From IMG/VR virus record IMGVR_UViG_3300042691_019380, positions 28,856 through 92,855 of that record: a DNA stretch of 64,000 bases, one strand, 5' to 3'. Position numbers and translations under genes: made by a program. Below are positions 1 through 9,378 of the stretch, piece by piece. Origin of the DNA: a virus. Under the pieces are notes generated by a model. That model was given only the letters and a program-made list of their open reading frames with translations. It made no database searches and was not told the origin of the DNA. Numbering within the stretch: the stretch's first letter is position 1; each line of letters opens with the position of its first letter.

Positions 1-2
1 GG

Positions 3-401
3 AAGTCCGGGCGAGTACTGGAAAATCCGGTGTTCGCCTCTCCCGCTCGTGTAGGTCGGCGTGTCGATCGCGTGCAGGCCGTACTCTTTGAGGACGATCT
101 CGGCCTCTGGAGAGTCGAACTCGACGTCGATCACGCCCGACGATGCCCCGAGACGGACTCCGAAGTTCGATCGAGTGTGTTCCTCGACGTCTTCGAGCCA
201 TGTCCAGATTTGAGACTCGTCGTCTGTGGCTCGCTCCGGCCACCCAGCACCACCGTGCGGGTGCTTCCCAGGCGTCGGGCAGTCGTGCCTGCCGCACGTG
301 CAGGCTAGGTTGTCCTTGACTCCCCAGAGCCTGACGATCTTCCAACCCTTGGAAGCCAAGGCGGCGACTTCCTGAAACATACGATCGGCGTTGTAGTCCA
401 C
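3..401 (-). CDS. Bifunctional DNA primase/polymerase (Prim-Pol) N-terminus, partial (runs off the window)
   Basis: Not in the ORF track. My translation from GTG at 401 (GGAGG RBS upstream) gives ...GWKIVRLWG...CTCGRHDCPTPGKHPHGGAGWPERATDD, the CxC...C..PGKHP...W...AT.D signature. Lies next to SSB-like, exonuclease and helicase genes. Confidence 0.8.
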   Translation of the reverse strand, partial: MDYNADRMFQEVAALASKGWKIVRLWGVKDNLACTCGRHDCPTPGKHPHGGAGWPERATDDESQIWTWLEDVEEHTRSNFGVRLGASSGVIDVEFDSPEAEIVLKEYGLHAIDTPTYTSGRGEHRIFQYSPGL

Positions 402-453
402 GATGCGATCCTCCGTGAATGAAGTGGGTGAGATGAAGAGACGAAAAAGCGGC

Positions 454-494
454 GCCCCTCGCCGTGTCGCAGCAGACGAAGCACGGCGAGGGGC
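454..494 (-). terminator. GC-rich hairpin, likely terminator or RNA-processing stem
   Basis: GCCCCTCGCCGTG...CACGGCGAGGGGC inverted repeat, with a T-run shortly downstream on the minus strand. Confidence 0.5.
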
Positions 495-530
495 TTGCAG
501 GGGAAAGGAGAAAAACCCTGCTGCCGCAGA

Positions 531-1337
531 TCAGAACGGCACGGAGTCAGCGTCGACCGTCGACTCGCTGCTCGACCGAGACCGAGACACGCGATCTTCG
601 ATCGGCGGGCACACGATGTTGGTCATCGTGTCCGTGAACCGAGACTTCGCGAGCAGTCCGGTCTGCTCGTCGACCGACCCGACGGTCTTCGTGACGAGAA
701 CCGCGTAGTCGGCCCGCTGGCCCTTCCGCTTCTCAAGAGTCAGTTCCACGATCGAACGGAAGTGAAACAAACCCTCTGCCGTGATGCCTCGCAGGAGATC
801 GTCGACGGCACGCAGGCTCGTCGACGGCACTCGCACGAACACCGGCTGGTTGTCCTCCTCGCGGAGAACACCAAGGACGCGGCTCGACTTCGCGCGAGGC
901 GGCTTCGAGCCAGGACCGCTACCTTCCCACTGGAAGTAGCGAATCTTCCGGCAGTCATACGTGCCGTCGTCACGCTTCGCCGCCTCGATGTGGTTGGCAT
1001 CGAGGTCGCCGTAGTCGCTGCCCACCTTGTAGGCAGTGACTCCGTCCGCCGAGAGCATCAGCGGCCTGCTTCCTGGGGTCGAGTCCTTGTGCGGCCACAG
1101 GATATGCTCCGGACGGGTCACGACCACGAGCAAGCCCGCGATCGCCTTCTCGCTGAACTCGGCACCAGCCTTGTTCGACCACGACCATCGAGTCGCGCCG
1201 CCGGTTGGGATTTTCACCCAGGTCAGGTCGCTGCTGCGAAGAGCCGCGCCGCCCAGGTTGGCTTCGAGAAGAGCCGCCGCAGAGTTGCCCTCTTCGAGGG
1301 CACGGAAAGAACCAACAACCGCCAAATCGTTGCTCAT
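531..1337 (-). CDS. Putative single-stranded DNA-binding/annealing protein
   Basis: Acidic C-terminal tail ending DADSVPF (SSB-like); lies between exonuclease and primase; AAGGAGG RBS. Confidence 0.55.
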   Translation of the reverse strand: MSNDLAVVGSFRALEEGNSAAALLEANLGGAALRSSDLTWVKIPTGGATRWSWSNKAGAEFSEKAIAGLLVVVTRPEHILWPHKDSTPGSRPLMLSADGVTAYKVGSDYGDLDANHIEAAKRDDGTYDCRKIRYFQWEGSGPGSKPPRAKSSRVLGVLREEDNQPVFVRVPSTSLRAVDDLLRGITAEGLFHFRSIVELTLEKRKGQRADYAVLVTKTVGSVDEQTGLLAKSRFTDTMTNIVCPPIEDRVSRSRSSSESTVDADSVPF

Positions 1338-1373
1338 GTTTGAGCCTCCTTGTGGGAATCGTATCCAGACAAA

Positions 1374-2225
1374 CTAAAACACCAACTCTTGCACGGAGTG
1401 ATAAGAAGCGGGCACGTACAGGCCCGTCTCTCGTCGAGTGCGAACCGCGTCCAGGGTTCGCTTGATCTCGTCAGCGGCGCGTGCCAGGACGTCGCCTGGG
1501 AGAGTCACGACCCTGACGTTGAACGGCGCGAACGTCTGCACGACGATGAACTTGAAGTCGAACGGCTCGAAGCCAGCCATGCGGCTAGCGTCGGCGTACC
1601 AGACTGCCTGCCAGTCGTAGCCAAACCGACGGAACGAGTACTTCAAGTCTCGCCACTCGCTGCTCGTAGTCTTGAGGTCGAACCACTCCCGCTTCGTGAC
1701 TCCGTCAGCGCGGGCCTTGCGTGCGTGACCGTCTTCGTCGGTCCAGAACACGCTGTACTGCGAGTGCGTCGCCGCCTCGACGAGAGACCGAGCCGCGTCA
1801 TGCTCGCGGATCGAGGCGATGATGTCCCTGACTTTCGCGAAGTCCACTGCGTTGCATTCGCAGAACCCGTAGGGCAGGGTGGCTTTCCACTCTTGATACG
1901 CCTTGCCGCGACGGGAGCCGTCTGACGCCAGGACTCCTTCCGGCGGAACGGCGATCTGCGACCGCCAGTCCACGCCGCGAATCTCCGCACCGCACGCGAC
2001 GTCGACGAGAGTGCCGAATCCCGTGGCTGCGTTGCCGCCGAAGAGAGTTCCGCCCTGCTCGGCGTATTGCTGGGCTCGACCACCCTCGTTCTCGTCGGCG
2101 TACCTGTGGGCCGTCGAACGACTGATGTGGTTCTTCTCGCCGTGGTAGACCTCGTTCGGCATGTCCATGTCGATGAACGGGCCGTTTTTCGTGTCGATAG
2201 AAAGCGTGTCCGTACTAATAGTCAT
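1374..2225 (-). CDS. PD-(D/E)XK exonuclease, RecE/exonuclease VIII-like (DUF3799-like)
   Basis: YH...ISRS, KARADG, DLKTT and Y..QA.WY motifs. Confidence 0.85.
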   Translation of the reverse strand: MTISTDTLSIDTKNGPFIDMDMPNEVYHGEKNHISRSTAHRYADENEGGRAQQYAEQGGTLFGGNAATGFGTLVDVACGAEIRGVDWRSQIAVPPEGVLASDGSRRGKAYQEWKATLPYGFCECNAVDFAKVRDIIASIREHDAARSLVEAATHSQYSVFWTDEDGHARKARADGVTKREWFDLKTTSSEWRDLKYSFRRFGYDWQAVWYADASRMAGFEPFDFKFIVVQTFAPFNVRVVTLPGDVLARAADEIKRTLDAVRTRRETGLYVPASYHSVQELVF

Positions 2226-3583
2226 GCAAGCACCCTCCTTGTGAGCCGAGAGTAAACCGCCTCGGCGACGTCCTTCTTCTCCTGCAATGCCCGGTAGATC
2301 GACTCGTCAACCGTACCTTCGGCGACGAGGTGATAAAACCGGCATGGCCTCGTTTGTCCTGGCCGTCGAATCCTCGCCAGCGACTGCTCGAAGTCTCCGA
2401 GCGAGTGCGAGAGCGAGTAGTACAGGCAATAGCACGCCCTCGTCATGTCGACGCCGACGCCGCCAGCCTGCTGCTGCACGACCAGTGCAGTTGTATCGCC
2501 ACGCTGCCATTGGTCAAGCGATTTTTCTCGGCCCGAAAGTTCCGACGATGTTCTGCCAAGTTCGCGGAGAACATCGCGGCACGTGTCGAGGTCCGAGATA
2601 AACTTGCAGAAGATCACGACGGGCTCGTTCGCGGGCAGGCACTCCAGCCACTCGCGCAGCGCGTCTCGCTTGGGGTTCTTTGCAGAGACTGGCACGAGCA
2701 GTCCTTCGCTTGTCATGGCGAAGCCCGACGTCGCCTGCTGGAGTTTGCCGACGACGACAAGTTTGTTTGCCGCCGTGACCGTCTCGCCCGTTTCGAGGGT
2801 GGCGACCATGTCGTCCTCGATAGACTCGTAGTATTTTTTCGCATCAGGGGGCAGCGTGACGGTGATGTCCGTGTGAATCGAGTCTGGCAAGGTCAAGACT
2901 TGATCGGCCGTAACTCTGTAGACATGCGGGTCAAGTCTCTTGCTCAGGGCCTGGATAGCCTCGGGCTTGAAGTCAATCACCCAGGCCGGGTGCCTGGGGT
3001 GCGTGTTCGCGATTCGCGAACGAAAAGCCGTGTACGAGCCGCCGAGAACCTCGGGGTCCAAGAATCGAAACTGAGCCCACCAGTCCAGGGGCGAGTTGGG
3101 GCACGGTGTTCCGGACATGCAGATTCGCTTGGCAGACTTGTGCTTGGCCGCAAGTTTCGCCAGCCACCGGGACCGCTTCCCAGACGGGCTCTTCACGAGG
3201 TGGGATTCGTCTAGAACGATGGCGTCCCACTGGACTTTCTCGATCTGCTTGCCGAGTTCGCCACGCCAGACTCCGTCGTAGTTGGCGATCACGACGAACC
3301 GATTGTCGCGGCTCGCCGTCTTTGCGACGGCCGCAGCCCGCGACTTCGACGAGCCGCTAACAACGAGGCACGTCTCGCGATTCGAGTCCCACAGGCCGAC
3401 TTGCTTAATCCAGGCTGGCCCGACGGCGATCGGGCAGCACACCAGCACTCGCTGGCATGCACGCAGTGCCATTAGGCACGCGCCGGTCTTGCCGGTGCCC
3501 ATATCGCCGTTGAGAAACGCCGCGCTCCGTCTTGCGATCCAGTCAGCCTCGTCGACCTGATGCGGCCATGCTTCAGGGGGCAT
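2222..3583 (-). CDS. SNF2-family (SF2) helicase
   Basis: MGTGKT, LDESH, SGTP and Q..ARIRRPGQ motifs. Confidence 0.92.
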   Translation of the reverse strand: MPPEAWPHQVDEADWIARRSAAFLNGDMGTGKTGACLMALRACQRVLVCCPIAVGPAWIKQVGLWDSNRETCLVVSGSSKSRAAAVAKTASRDNRFVVIANYDGVWRGELGKQIEKVQWDAIVLDESHLVKSPSGKRSRWLAKLAAKHKSAKRICMSGTPCPNSPLDWWAQFRFLDPEVLGGSYTAFRSRIANTHPRHPAWVIDFKPEAIQALSKRLDPHVYRVTADQVLTLPDSIHTDITVTLPPDAKKYYESIEDDMVATLETGETVTAANKLVVVGKLQQATSGFAMTSEGLLVPVSAKNPKRDALREWLECLPANEPVVIFCKFISDLDTCRDVLRELGRTSSELSGREKSLDQWQRGDTTALVVQQQAGGVGVDMTRACYCLYYSLSHSLGDFEQSLARIRRPGQTRPCRFYHLVAEGTVDESIYRALQEKKDVAEAVYSRLTRRVLA

Positions 3584-3908
3584 CGTCTTCTTCCTCCCAG
3601 TAGGTTTCGATGCTCAGTTCCTCATGCTCGCATCGAATGAAGTCCTTGTCGGCCCCAATCGCGGCGTAGCACTCAGCCGCGTCTTGCCACGAGGCTACAG
3701 CCATCACGCCGAGACCGGCCCTGCGGTAGTGTTTGGCAGACCGCTCGTACTTCAGAGCCGCTCGTCGATACTGACGGCAGTGCTGTGGCGTGAGGGGCTC
3801 GCCGAGACCCTCGATCTCGTCGGCGGCAGCCGCGATGCAGCGGTCTGCCGTCTCGATCCACATTTGCCGATTCTTGGCGAACGGCCAGGAGAACTTGCCC
3901 TTTTCCAT
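3573..3908 (-). CDS. Hypothetical alpha-helical protein
   Basis: Operon-packed ORF with RBS. Confidence 0.65.
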   Translation of the reverse strand: MEKGKFSWPFAKNRQMWIETADRCIAAAADEIEGLGEPLTPQHCRQYRRAALKYERSAKHYRRAGLGVMAVASWQDAAECYAAIGADKDFIRCEHEELSIETYWEEEDDAP

Positions 3909-3909
3909 G

Positions 3910-4191
3910 CTAGTTCGCCTCCGGTTCTACGAGGTACAGATGCCGAGCAGCGGCTCGCCAGTCGATGCCGTCGAAAGCCTTCACGATTATTTCGTGAGCG
4001 AAGTTTGGAGCCCTGACCTTCATCATCGAGAGCAAGCACGACGCCTCGATAGACTTGGCGAGGAACTCCTCGCGGTCCTTCGCTGTCATGCCCTCTTCTT
4101 TGGCCCGTTCGAGGAACTTCTCCGCTTGCTTGGTGAACTCTTCTTGCTTGCGGAACTCGTCGACGATGATCTGAGTGTTCTGGTTGAGCAT
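3910..4191 (-). CDS. Hypothetical protein
   Basis: Start moved to MLNQNTQ; abuts the next gene. Confidence 0.6.
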   Translation of the reverse strand: MLNQNTQIIVDEFRKQEEFTKQAEKFLERAKEEGMTAKDREEFLAKSIEASCLLSMMKVRAPNFAHEIIVKAFDGIDWRAAARHLYLVEPEAN

Positions 4192-4502
4192 TCTGAGCGT
4201 CCTTTCTTCTTCCGTTTCTTTCCGAGAATCTTGTAGGGCCTCGGAACCAACCCTGCGAGGCTCTTCCGTCGCCCCGCGATATGGAGAACTGCGTACTGAC
4301 CGTCTCGATCCAGAGCGTTGATCCATTCGCACGCCCCCCGCTTCGTATGCGAGTGAAACGTGTACGGGCCCTTAGCCTTCATCGCGACTTTCTCGCCGTT
4401 TGGGCCTTTCCAGTACGGCCCGCCCGACGCCCGAAACGTATCGCCGCGAGCCAGTTCCACTCGCTCGCTGACGCGATACGTTTCGGAGACGACAACATTC
4501 AT
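4086..4502 (-). CDS. Hypothetical basic protein
   Basis: Start MNVVVSE with ATGA overlap on the upstream stop. Confidence 0.55.
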   Translation of the reverse strand: MNVVVSETYRVSERVELARGDTFRASGGPYWKGPNGEKVAMKAKGPYTFHSHTKRGACEWINALDRDGQYAVLHIAGRRKSLAGLVPRPYKILGKKRKKKGRSECSTRTLRSSSTSSASKKSSPSKRRSSSNGPKKRA

Positions 4503-4852
4503 GCGGCCTGCTCCTTGATCTGGATGTAGAGATATTCCGGCGCTTTCGCGAAGTACTTGAAGAGCGCCGGGCAGAGCCATCCATGGACTCCACCCAGGTC
4601 ATCGCACGCATACCAGTTGCCGCCGTACTCCGGCCCGACGAGCCGGAACGACGTCTGATGTCCTGGGAACTTCTCGTCCGAGAACACCAGCGTGAACTTC
4701 TCCGAGCAGCCTGGAATCTGCGACGCCAGAGTGCCCAGCACCGAATCAGCACCGGCGACGAACGGTTCCTTGACGAGCCCCACGGCGGGGTCGTCGAACA
4801 CGAGCGAGCCGTTGTCCCAGTACGGGTGAATCACGCGAATCGAGTTCTTCAT
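4499..4852 (-). CDS. Conserved hypothetical protein (DUF6717-like)
   Basis: I.PYW....VFDD...GL..EPFV.GAD and GWLCPALF.YF...P..LY motifs. Confidence 0.75.
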   Translation of the reverse strand: MKNSIRVIHPYWDNGSLVFDDPAVGLVKEPFVAGADSVLGTLASQIPGCSEKFTLVFSDEKFPGHQTSFRLVGPEYGGNWYACDDLGGVHGWLCPALFKYFAKAPEYLYIQIKEQAA

Positions 4853-5250
4853 TCGTCTTCTCCTTGTGCTTGAAGAGCCTCCTCGAACACTTGCTCCGCC
4901 TTGTCGGCGTACCACTCGGCCACCTTCTGCTCGATGTAGCAGTAAATGGCCGTCATGCCATGGTTCTCGCGAGGATTCGTCCCGATGCCGACGTTCTCGT
5001 ACGCCTCCTCCAAGTCTCGTCCATGCAGATACCACGTGGCGTCGATCTCAGCCGTGTGTATTGGCACGGCCGAGTCGATGATCGCGTGGACGTCCCCTGA
5101 ATAGTCGAGGTCGTTGTGCAAGCACGGCAGATCGTCGGGCGAGTTGCGACGAACGTAAGACTTGAGCAAGTCTTGAACTTCGCTGATCGCCGCGTCGACT
5201 CGTTCTTGCAGGCTGTCTTCGATTTCGATGGTGATCTTGGTCATGGTCAT
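4849..5250 (-). CDS. Ocr-like (T7 gp0.3-like) acidic DNA-mimic anti-restriction protein
   Basis: DVHAIIDSAVPIHTAEI aligns with T7 Ocr AIHMAADNAVPHYYADI; similar size; acidic C-terminus. Confidence 0.65.
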   Translation of the reverse strand: MTMTKITIEIEDSLQERVDAAISEVQDLLKSYVRRNSPDDLPCLHNDLDYSGDVHAIIDSAVPIHTAEIDATWYLHGRDLEEAYENVGIGTNPRENHGMTAIYCYIEQKVAEWYADKAEQVFEEALQAQGEDE

Positions 5251-5261
5251 GCCTCCTTTTC

Positions 5262-5567
5262 TTAGTTAGATGAAACTCTTTCGCGAATCGCTCTGTCTGC
5301 GATATCAACGCCCGCTGTTGCGAAAATCGCGAGCGACAGAGCGGCAAAGTCTTGCGGTGTTCCGCCGTTTGCTCTTGCGATTGTCAGCGTTTTAATGCAC
5401 TCGGATTGGATTTCCTTCTTGGTTGACTCGAACAGGGCATGGACAGAATCCACGAAGCGGGCTGCACTCTCTCCTTGGTAGCCCCTCGCCTTGAGTCGAT
5501 GCACCGCTGACGTCATCAGAAGGCGAAGCAACTGATCTCCGTCGATGTTGTAGGCGTAGTAATCCAT
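5262..5567 (-). CDS. Hypothetical protein
   Basis: ORF with AAAGGA RBS in the operon. Confidence 0.6.
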   Translation of the reverse strand: MDYYAYNIDGDQLLRLLMTSAVHRLKARGYQGESAARFVDSVHALFESTKKEIQSECIKTLTIARANGGTPQDFAALSLAIFATAGVDIADRAIRERVSSN

Positions 5568-5585
5568 AGATTCCTTTCTTGGGAT

Positions 5586-6053
5586 TCAAGCAGGCCACAC
5601 GTACGGAAGATCAGACGGCTCGGACCATCCGAACCGCGAGTAATGCTCCGGCAGTTTCCGGAGAAGGTTGCTGCGATGGCTGGCGTGGAAGTCGGGCCTG
5701 CCCAGCCAGTCAGGAAGACCAGAGACGCTGCTCGGTGCGATGTCGCTATACGTGAGCCGAATCCACTCGCTGGCGTCGATGAACTGCTGCGTTAGCGTGT
5801 CCGTAAAACCACGGGCGCACCACTCGTCGCACACAGCGATCGCGTAGTGAGCCAGGGCTCGCTCGAAGCCGTACCACGCCTTGACGGCGGGGTGGTTCTT
5901 CCAGCGGCTGGCCGGATTGCCCTCGTGCTGCCCGACGGGAACACCGAGAGCGATCAGAATCTGCTTGGCTTCGACTCGCTGCTTCCCCAGGCGACGATTG
6001 TCGAGGACGCGAGCCGATTCGCGGAACGATGGTAAAGGTAAAAACGTCTGCAT
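5586..6053 (-). CDS. Pyrimidine-dimer DNA glycosylase / endonuclease V-like (MSMEG_6728 family)
   Basis: MQTFLP...LD..RLGKQRVE..QI...W.NHPAV.AW.G...HASHRSNLLRK...Y.WP. Confidence 0.85.
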   Translation of the reverse strand: MQTFLPLPSFRESARVLDNRRLGKQRVEAKQILIALGVPVGQHEGNPASRWKNHPAVKAWYGFERALAHYAIAVCDEWCARGFTDTLTQQFIDASEWIRLTYSDIAPSSVSGLPDWLGRPDFHASHRSNLLRKLPEHYSRFGWSEPSDLPYVWPA

Positions 6054-6084
6054 CTGCTTCTCCTTGCGTGCGTATCCAGACAAC

Positions 6085-6369
6085 TCAATCGTGCGAACTA
6101 TTGCAGTCGCCAGCAGTTCCGTCAATGGGATATTTGGCGTATGACAGAATCTTCCAAGCCTCGCTGGCAAGTCTCTCGTTTCGTTCGTGCATCTTCTGCC
6201 GTGTGTACGCGAAGCCGCTGTACTTGCCGCACTCGTCGCATCGCTCGACGCTCGCCTTTGCGTTGGCCGCAAGTTTGCGAGTCTTGAGTACGTACTGCCC
6301 AAGAGCCGTGCCGATGATTTCTGCATGCTCTGGCGTGAGCGAGAGCGTGATGGTTTCTGGCGTGTTCAT
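6085..6369 (-). CDS. Hypothetical protein
   Basis: ORF starting MNTPET; single CxxC. Confidence 0.55.
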   Translation of the reverse strand: MNTPETITLSLTPEHAEIIGTALGQYVLKTRKLAANAKASVERCDECGKYSGFAYTRQKMHERNERLASEAWKILSYAKYPIDGTAGDCNSSHD

Positions 6370-6383
6370 GTCTCTTGCTTTCT

Positions 6384-6911
6384 TCACAGGGTCGCGATCG
6401 TGCGAGTCTTGATGTCTCTGACTTGCTGCACGAGTTTCTCTGCGTGCAGACGAATCCGACTCTCGATCGCCGCCACTGCTTCTTCTTGCGTCCGGTGCGC
6501 CGACTCAGCCGAACACAGTTCGCGAGTTGGACCGTACGAGAACCGAACGACGTTCTCTTCTGGGAGTAGGACCGTTGCCCTGCTCAGGTACGGCTGCGAG
6601 CCGGAAAAGTCGAAATACACTCCAGCGACGATGACCTCGTCGCCTGCCTGAAATCCGTTCATGGGCTTCTCTCCTGCTGTGGTTGGGTGCGAGTGATAGC
6701 GTGTCCGTACAAAATCTGTCAAGGGCTCGGTGCCGCTACGTCCGCTCTCCCGCTTGGAGTAGTGCTGCACCCGTTCGCGGGCTGCGGCGAGCGTGAGCGT
6801 TTCAGCATGCAGACGTTCCGTGCCTTCAGTGGCACTCCTCCTCCAGATTTCGTAGGCCACGACTCCGTCGTGGCCGCGAGCCTCGCGGATGGTGAATGTC
6901 ACGTTGCTCAT
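6384..6911 (-). CDS. Hypothetical protein; probable second in-frame start at 6662 (MNGFQ)
   Basis: ATGA-coupled start MSNVTF; internal CAGGAG RBS before ATG 6662. Confidence 0.5.
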   Translation of the reverse strand: MSNVTFTIREARGHDGVVAYEIWRRSATEGTERLHAETLTLAAARERVQHYSKRESGRSGTEPLTDFVRTRYHSHPTTAGEKPMNGFQAGDEVIVAGVYFDFSGSQPYLSRATVLLPEENVVRFSYGPTRELCSAESAHRTQEEAVAAIESRIRLHAEKLVQQVRDIKTRTIATL

Positions 6912-7222
6912 TCTTGGTCTCCACCGTTGATGTTCCGCCCGTTGCGGTCGATGACGTACCACTCTTGGCCCTGGTAGTGCTTCTCGGCGTATGCGTTCGC
7001 CGCATCGTCGTCGTCGGCTGCGAAAAACTCCAGCACGTCCCACTCGCCGTTGCTGTCTGCCAGGGCAACTCGATACTGCCGCTCTCCCTCGCTGCCGCAG
7101 CACGAACACCGAACGGCCATCCCACGCTGAACATGCGGATCGCTTGCGTCAATCGCAGGCGTGTCGCACTCGACGCAGTCGGGGCAATACGCAGAGCCGT
7201 CAAGCCAGTAATAGTCGCTCAC
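6908..7222 (-). CDS. Hypothetical Zn-ribbon acidic protein
   Basis: CPDC...CSCC; AAAGGAG RBS. Confidence 0.6.
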   Translation of the reverse strand: MSDYYWLDGSAYCPDCVECDTPAIDASDPHVQRGMAVRCSCCGSEGERQYRVALADSNGEWDVLEFFAADDDDAANAYAEKHYQGQEWYVIDRNGRNINGGDQE

Positions 7223-7250
7223 GGGTGGTCTCCTTTCTTTCAAGTCTAGG

Positions 7251-7901
7251 TCAAGTCTGTGACGTCAGATGCTCGATGTCGCGGGCTTGTCGACGCAGTC
7301 GAGACTGCGTCGACGCCGAGAGTGCGTGGCATGTCGTGTACTGCTTAGAAACCGCGTCCCACACTCGCACGGTTCCGTCGCTGGAGATGGCGATCCGGTT
7401 CCACCGAATGCCATCTGCGTAGAACGCCCGGCACCGTGCCAAGATCACGCGATCGGCGTGCGACTCGCGAGCCTCTCCGCTCGCGAGCAGTCTATCGACG
7501 GTGCCGTACTCGCTGCGAGCCCAGTGCGTGTTTCGGGAGCCTCCGCACTTGTACGGCTCGCGAATCTCGCACCACAGTCCGCCGAGAGTGTCGCCAGTGC
7601 CGAAGTCGATCCACCGCACGACGGCAGTCTTCTCTAATTTGCCCGACGGGGTATAGCACGGCAGGCTGTCGATGAACGCCAGTTCGTCGGCGAGAGACTT
7701 GGTAGTCTCCTCGAACTCGACGATCGTCTCTGACTCAACTCGACGAATCGGCTGCTGACTCTCCGTGAGCCGAATCTTCCAGAGCCAGCGTCCGCCGTCC
7801 TTGCGGCGAGACACAACTTCGGCATTCACGTAGCGATCTCGCCAGAAGTGCGGGAACGTCGTGCCGATCTCGATCTTGGGTCGCTTGGTCTTCACTGGCA
7901 T
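7251..7901 (-). CDS. Hypothetical protein
   Basis: AAGGAG RBS before MPVKTK. Confidence 0.6.
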   Translation of the reverse strand: MPVKTKRPKIEIGTTFPHFWRDRYVNAEVVSRRKDGGRWLWKIRLTESQQPIRRVESETIVEFEETTKSLADELAFIDSLPCYTPSGKLEKTAVVRWIDFGTGDTLGGLWCEIREPYKCGGSRNTHWARSEYGTVDRLLASGEARESHADRVILARCRAFYADGIRWNRIAISSDGTVRVWDAVSKQYTTCHALSASTQSRLRRQARDIEHLTSQT

Positions 7902-7943
7902 GTCTCCTTGAGGGTGATGGTGTCCGAACAAGTCTTGCAAGTC

Positions 7944-8201
7944 TCAGCGGCACTGCGAGATTGCCCGAGCGGCTTGCCCGACCCAGCCGAGCCCGTGCGA
8001 ACCAACTCGAACCAGCGACGTGTCGCCGTCCCTTCCGACCGTCTCGACGTACCCGAGTTCGTAGCACTTGTACCACGTTCTGGAGGCGATCCCTTCCGGC
8101 CGCTTGCAGCAGTTGGTGCCGAGCCGCCTGCACTCCGCGTCGATCTTGCCGATCGCCGACAACTGAGCGTTGCTTGGCCTGCGGGTCTTTCTGTGTCGCA
8201 T
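7944..8201 (-). CDS. Hypothetical small basic protein
   Basis: GGAG RBS; flanked by repeat elements. Confidence 0.5.
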   Translation of the reverse strand: MRHRKTRRPSNAQLSAIGKIDAECRRLGTNCCKRPEGIASRTWYKCYELGYVETVGRDGDTSLVRVGSHGLGWVGQAARAISQCR

Positions 8202-8241
8202 CGTCGTGTCTCCGGTGAGGTGTGGGATCGTGTCCGAACAG

Positions 8242-8487
8242 TCAGCGTGCCAGGAACTTCTCTGCAATGGCCTTCGCGGCGGCGAGGCTGCTCGCGGTGT
8301 CGATTTGCTTTGCGACTCCAGCCTCGTTTGCGATGACGCGGTAGAACCGCCCCTTGCTCCATCCACGGAGGTTGTCGCCGGTTGTTCCGTAATCGCCGCA
8401 CACAGAGACGCGACCGGAGGCGTGCCGGTACGAAGGGGCGACGCCCCACCGCTGCACCCACTCTCCGATCTTGATCCAAGTTGTCAT
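8242..8487 (-). CDS. Hypothetical protein
   Basis: First gene after the promoter at 8529-8557. Confidence 0.6.
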   Translation of the reverse strand: MTTWIKIGEWVQRWGVAPSYRHASGRVSVCGDYGTTGDNLRGWSKGRFYRVIANEAGVAKQIDTASSLAAAKAIAEKFLAR

Positions 8488-8528
8488 CGTCGTCCCTTTC
8501 GTTTCCAGTCGTTCACTCTTCTACGACA

Positions 8529-8582
8529 AGTATCGGGGATGCCAGAAGTAAAGTCAAGGGAAATCTTTTGGCTATGACACAA
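8529..8582 (-). promoter_or_regulatory. Sigma70-type promoter with upstream TTGTGTCATA box
   Basis: TTGACT-N17-GATACT; box at 8573-8582. Confidence 0.75.
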
Positions 8583-8593
8583 GCGGGGAATGC

Positions 8594-9019
8594 CTACGAC
8601 GCATCGTATGCGTCGACGACGTCCTGCACGGTCAACTTGCCCTTGGCGAGCAGATGCTTGACCGCGTACTCACAGATACAGCCGACCGAGACTCCGCACT
8701 CCTCGGCGGCTTCGGCGAGGGTCTGGGGTCCGCAACTATCGCGAGGGTCGAGTCTTGCGAAGACTTTATTCAAGTCTGCCGGGACGAATACAGCACTGCA
8801 TCCGCTGCGGTACTCCGTGGTTTTCCGCACCTCTTCGACTCCGTCGATCACGCACTTCTGCTCGTAGTCGACGGCGTGAATCACGACGCCAGCCGCGAAC
8901 TTTTTGATGCCACGCAGCCCGTACTTGCACCGCTTGTCGTGGTGCGGATTGGGAACGTCCTCTGTCAGAGTGAAGAACCGGCTCACGACGGCTTCGCGGG
9001 GCCCGATGGTGATGCTCAT
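8594..9019 (-). CDS. Hypothetical protein
   Basis: AAAGGA RBS before MSITIG. Confidence 0.6.
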   Translation of the reverse strand: MSITIGPREAVVSRFFTLTEDVPNPHHDKRCKYGLRGIKKFAAGVVIHAVDYEQKCVIDGVEEVRKTTEYRSGCSAVFVPADLNKVFARLDPRDSCGPQTLAEAAEECGVSVGCICEYAVKHLLAKGKLTVQDVVDAYDAS

Positions 9020-9069
9020 GGGTTTGGTGTCCTTTGGTCTTGATGGTGTCCGAACAAGTCTTGCAAGTC

Positions 9070-9330
9070 TCAGTTCCGCCACGTTCCGAACTTCTTGGCT
9101 GCCTGCTTCGCGCCCGACACGGTCTGGAACGAGCCAGAGAACTGGCGGACGCCGTCGCTGCTGATGAACGTGAGCCCGTAGGGCTTGCCGATTGTGTTCA
9201 CGAACTCGATCACGAAGGCGCCGTCGCCAGCCCATTCAAACGGGCCGCAAGACGAGTAGACCGTCTCGCCGACCTTTCGGTGGCCCTTGCTGACTTCGTG
9301 CCGAGTCCACTTGATCGTGTTGGTCTTCAC
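9070..9330 (-). CDS. Hypothetical protein
   Basis: AAGGAG RBS, GTG start. Confidence 0.55.
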   Translation of the reverse strand: MKTNTIKWTRHEVSKGHRKVGETVYSSCGPFEWAGDGAFVIEFVNTIGKPYGLTFISSDGVRQFSGSFQTVSGAKQAAKKFGTWRN

Positions 9331-9378
9331 GGGATGTCTCCTTGGGTCTTGAGGGTGATGGCGTCCGAACAAGTCTCT

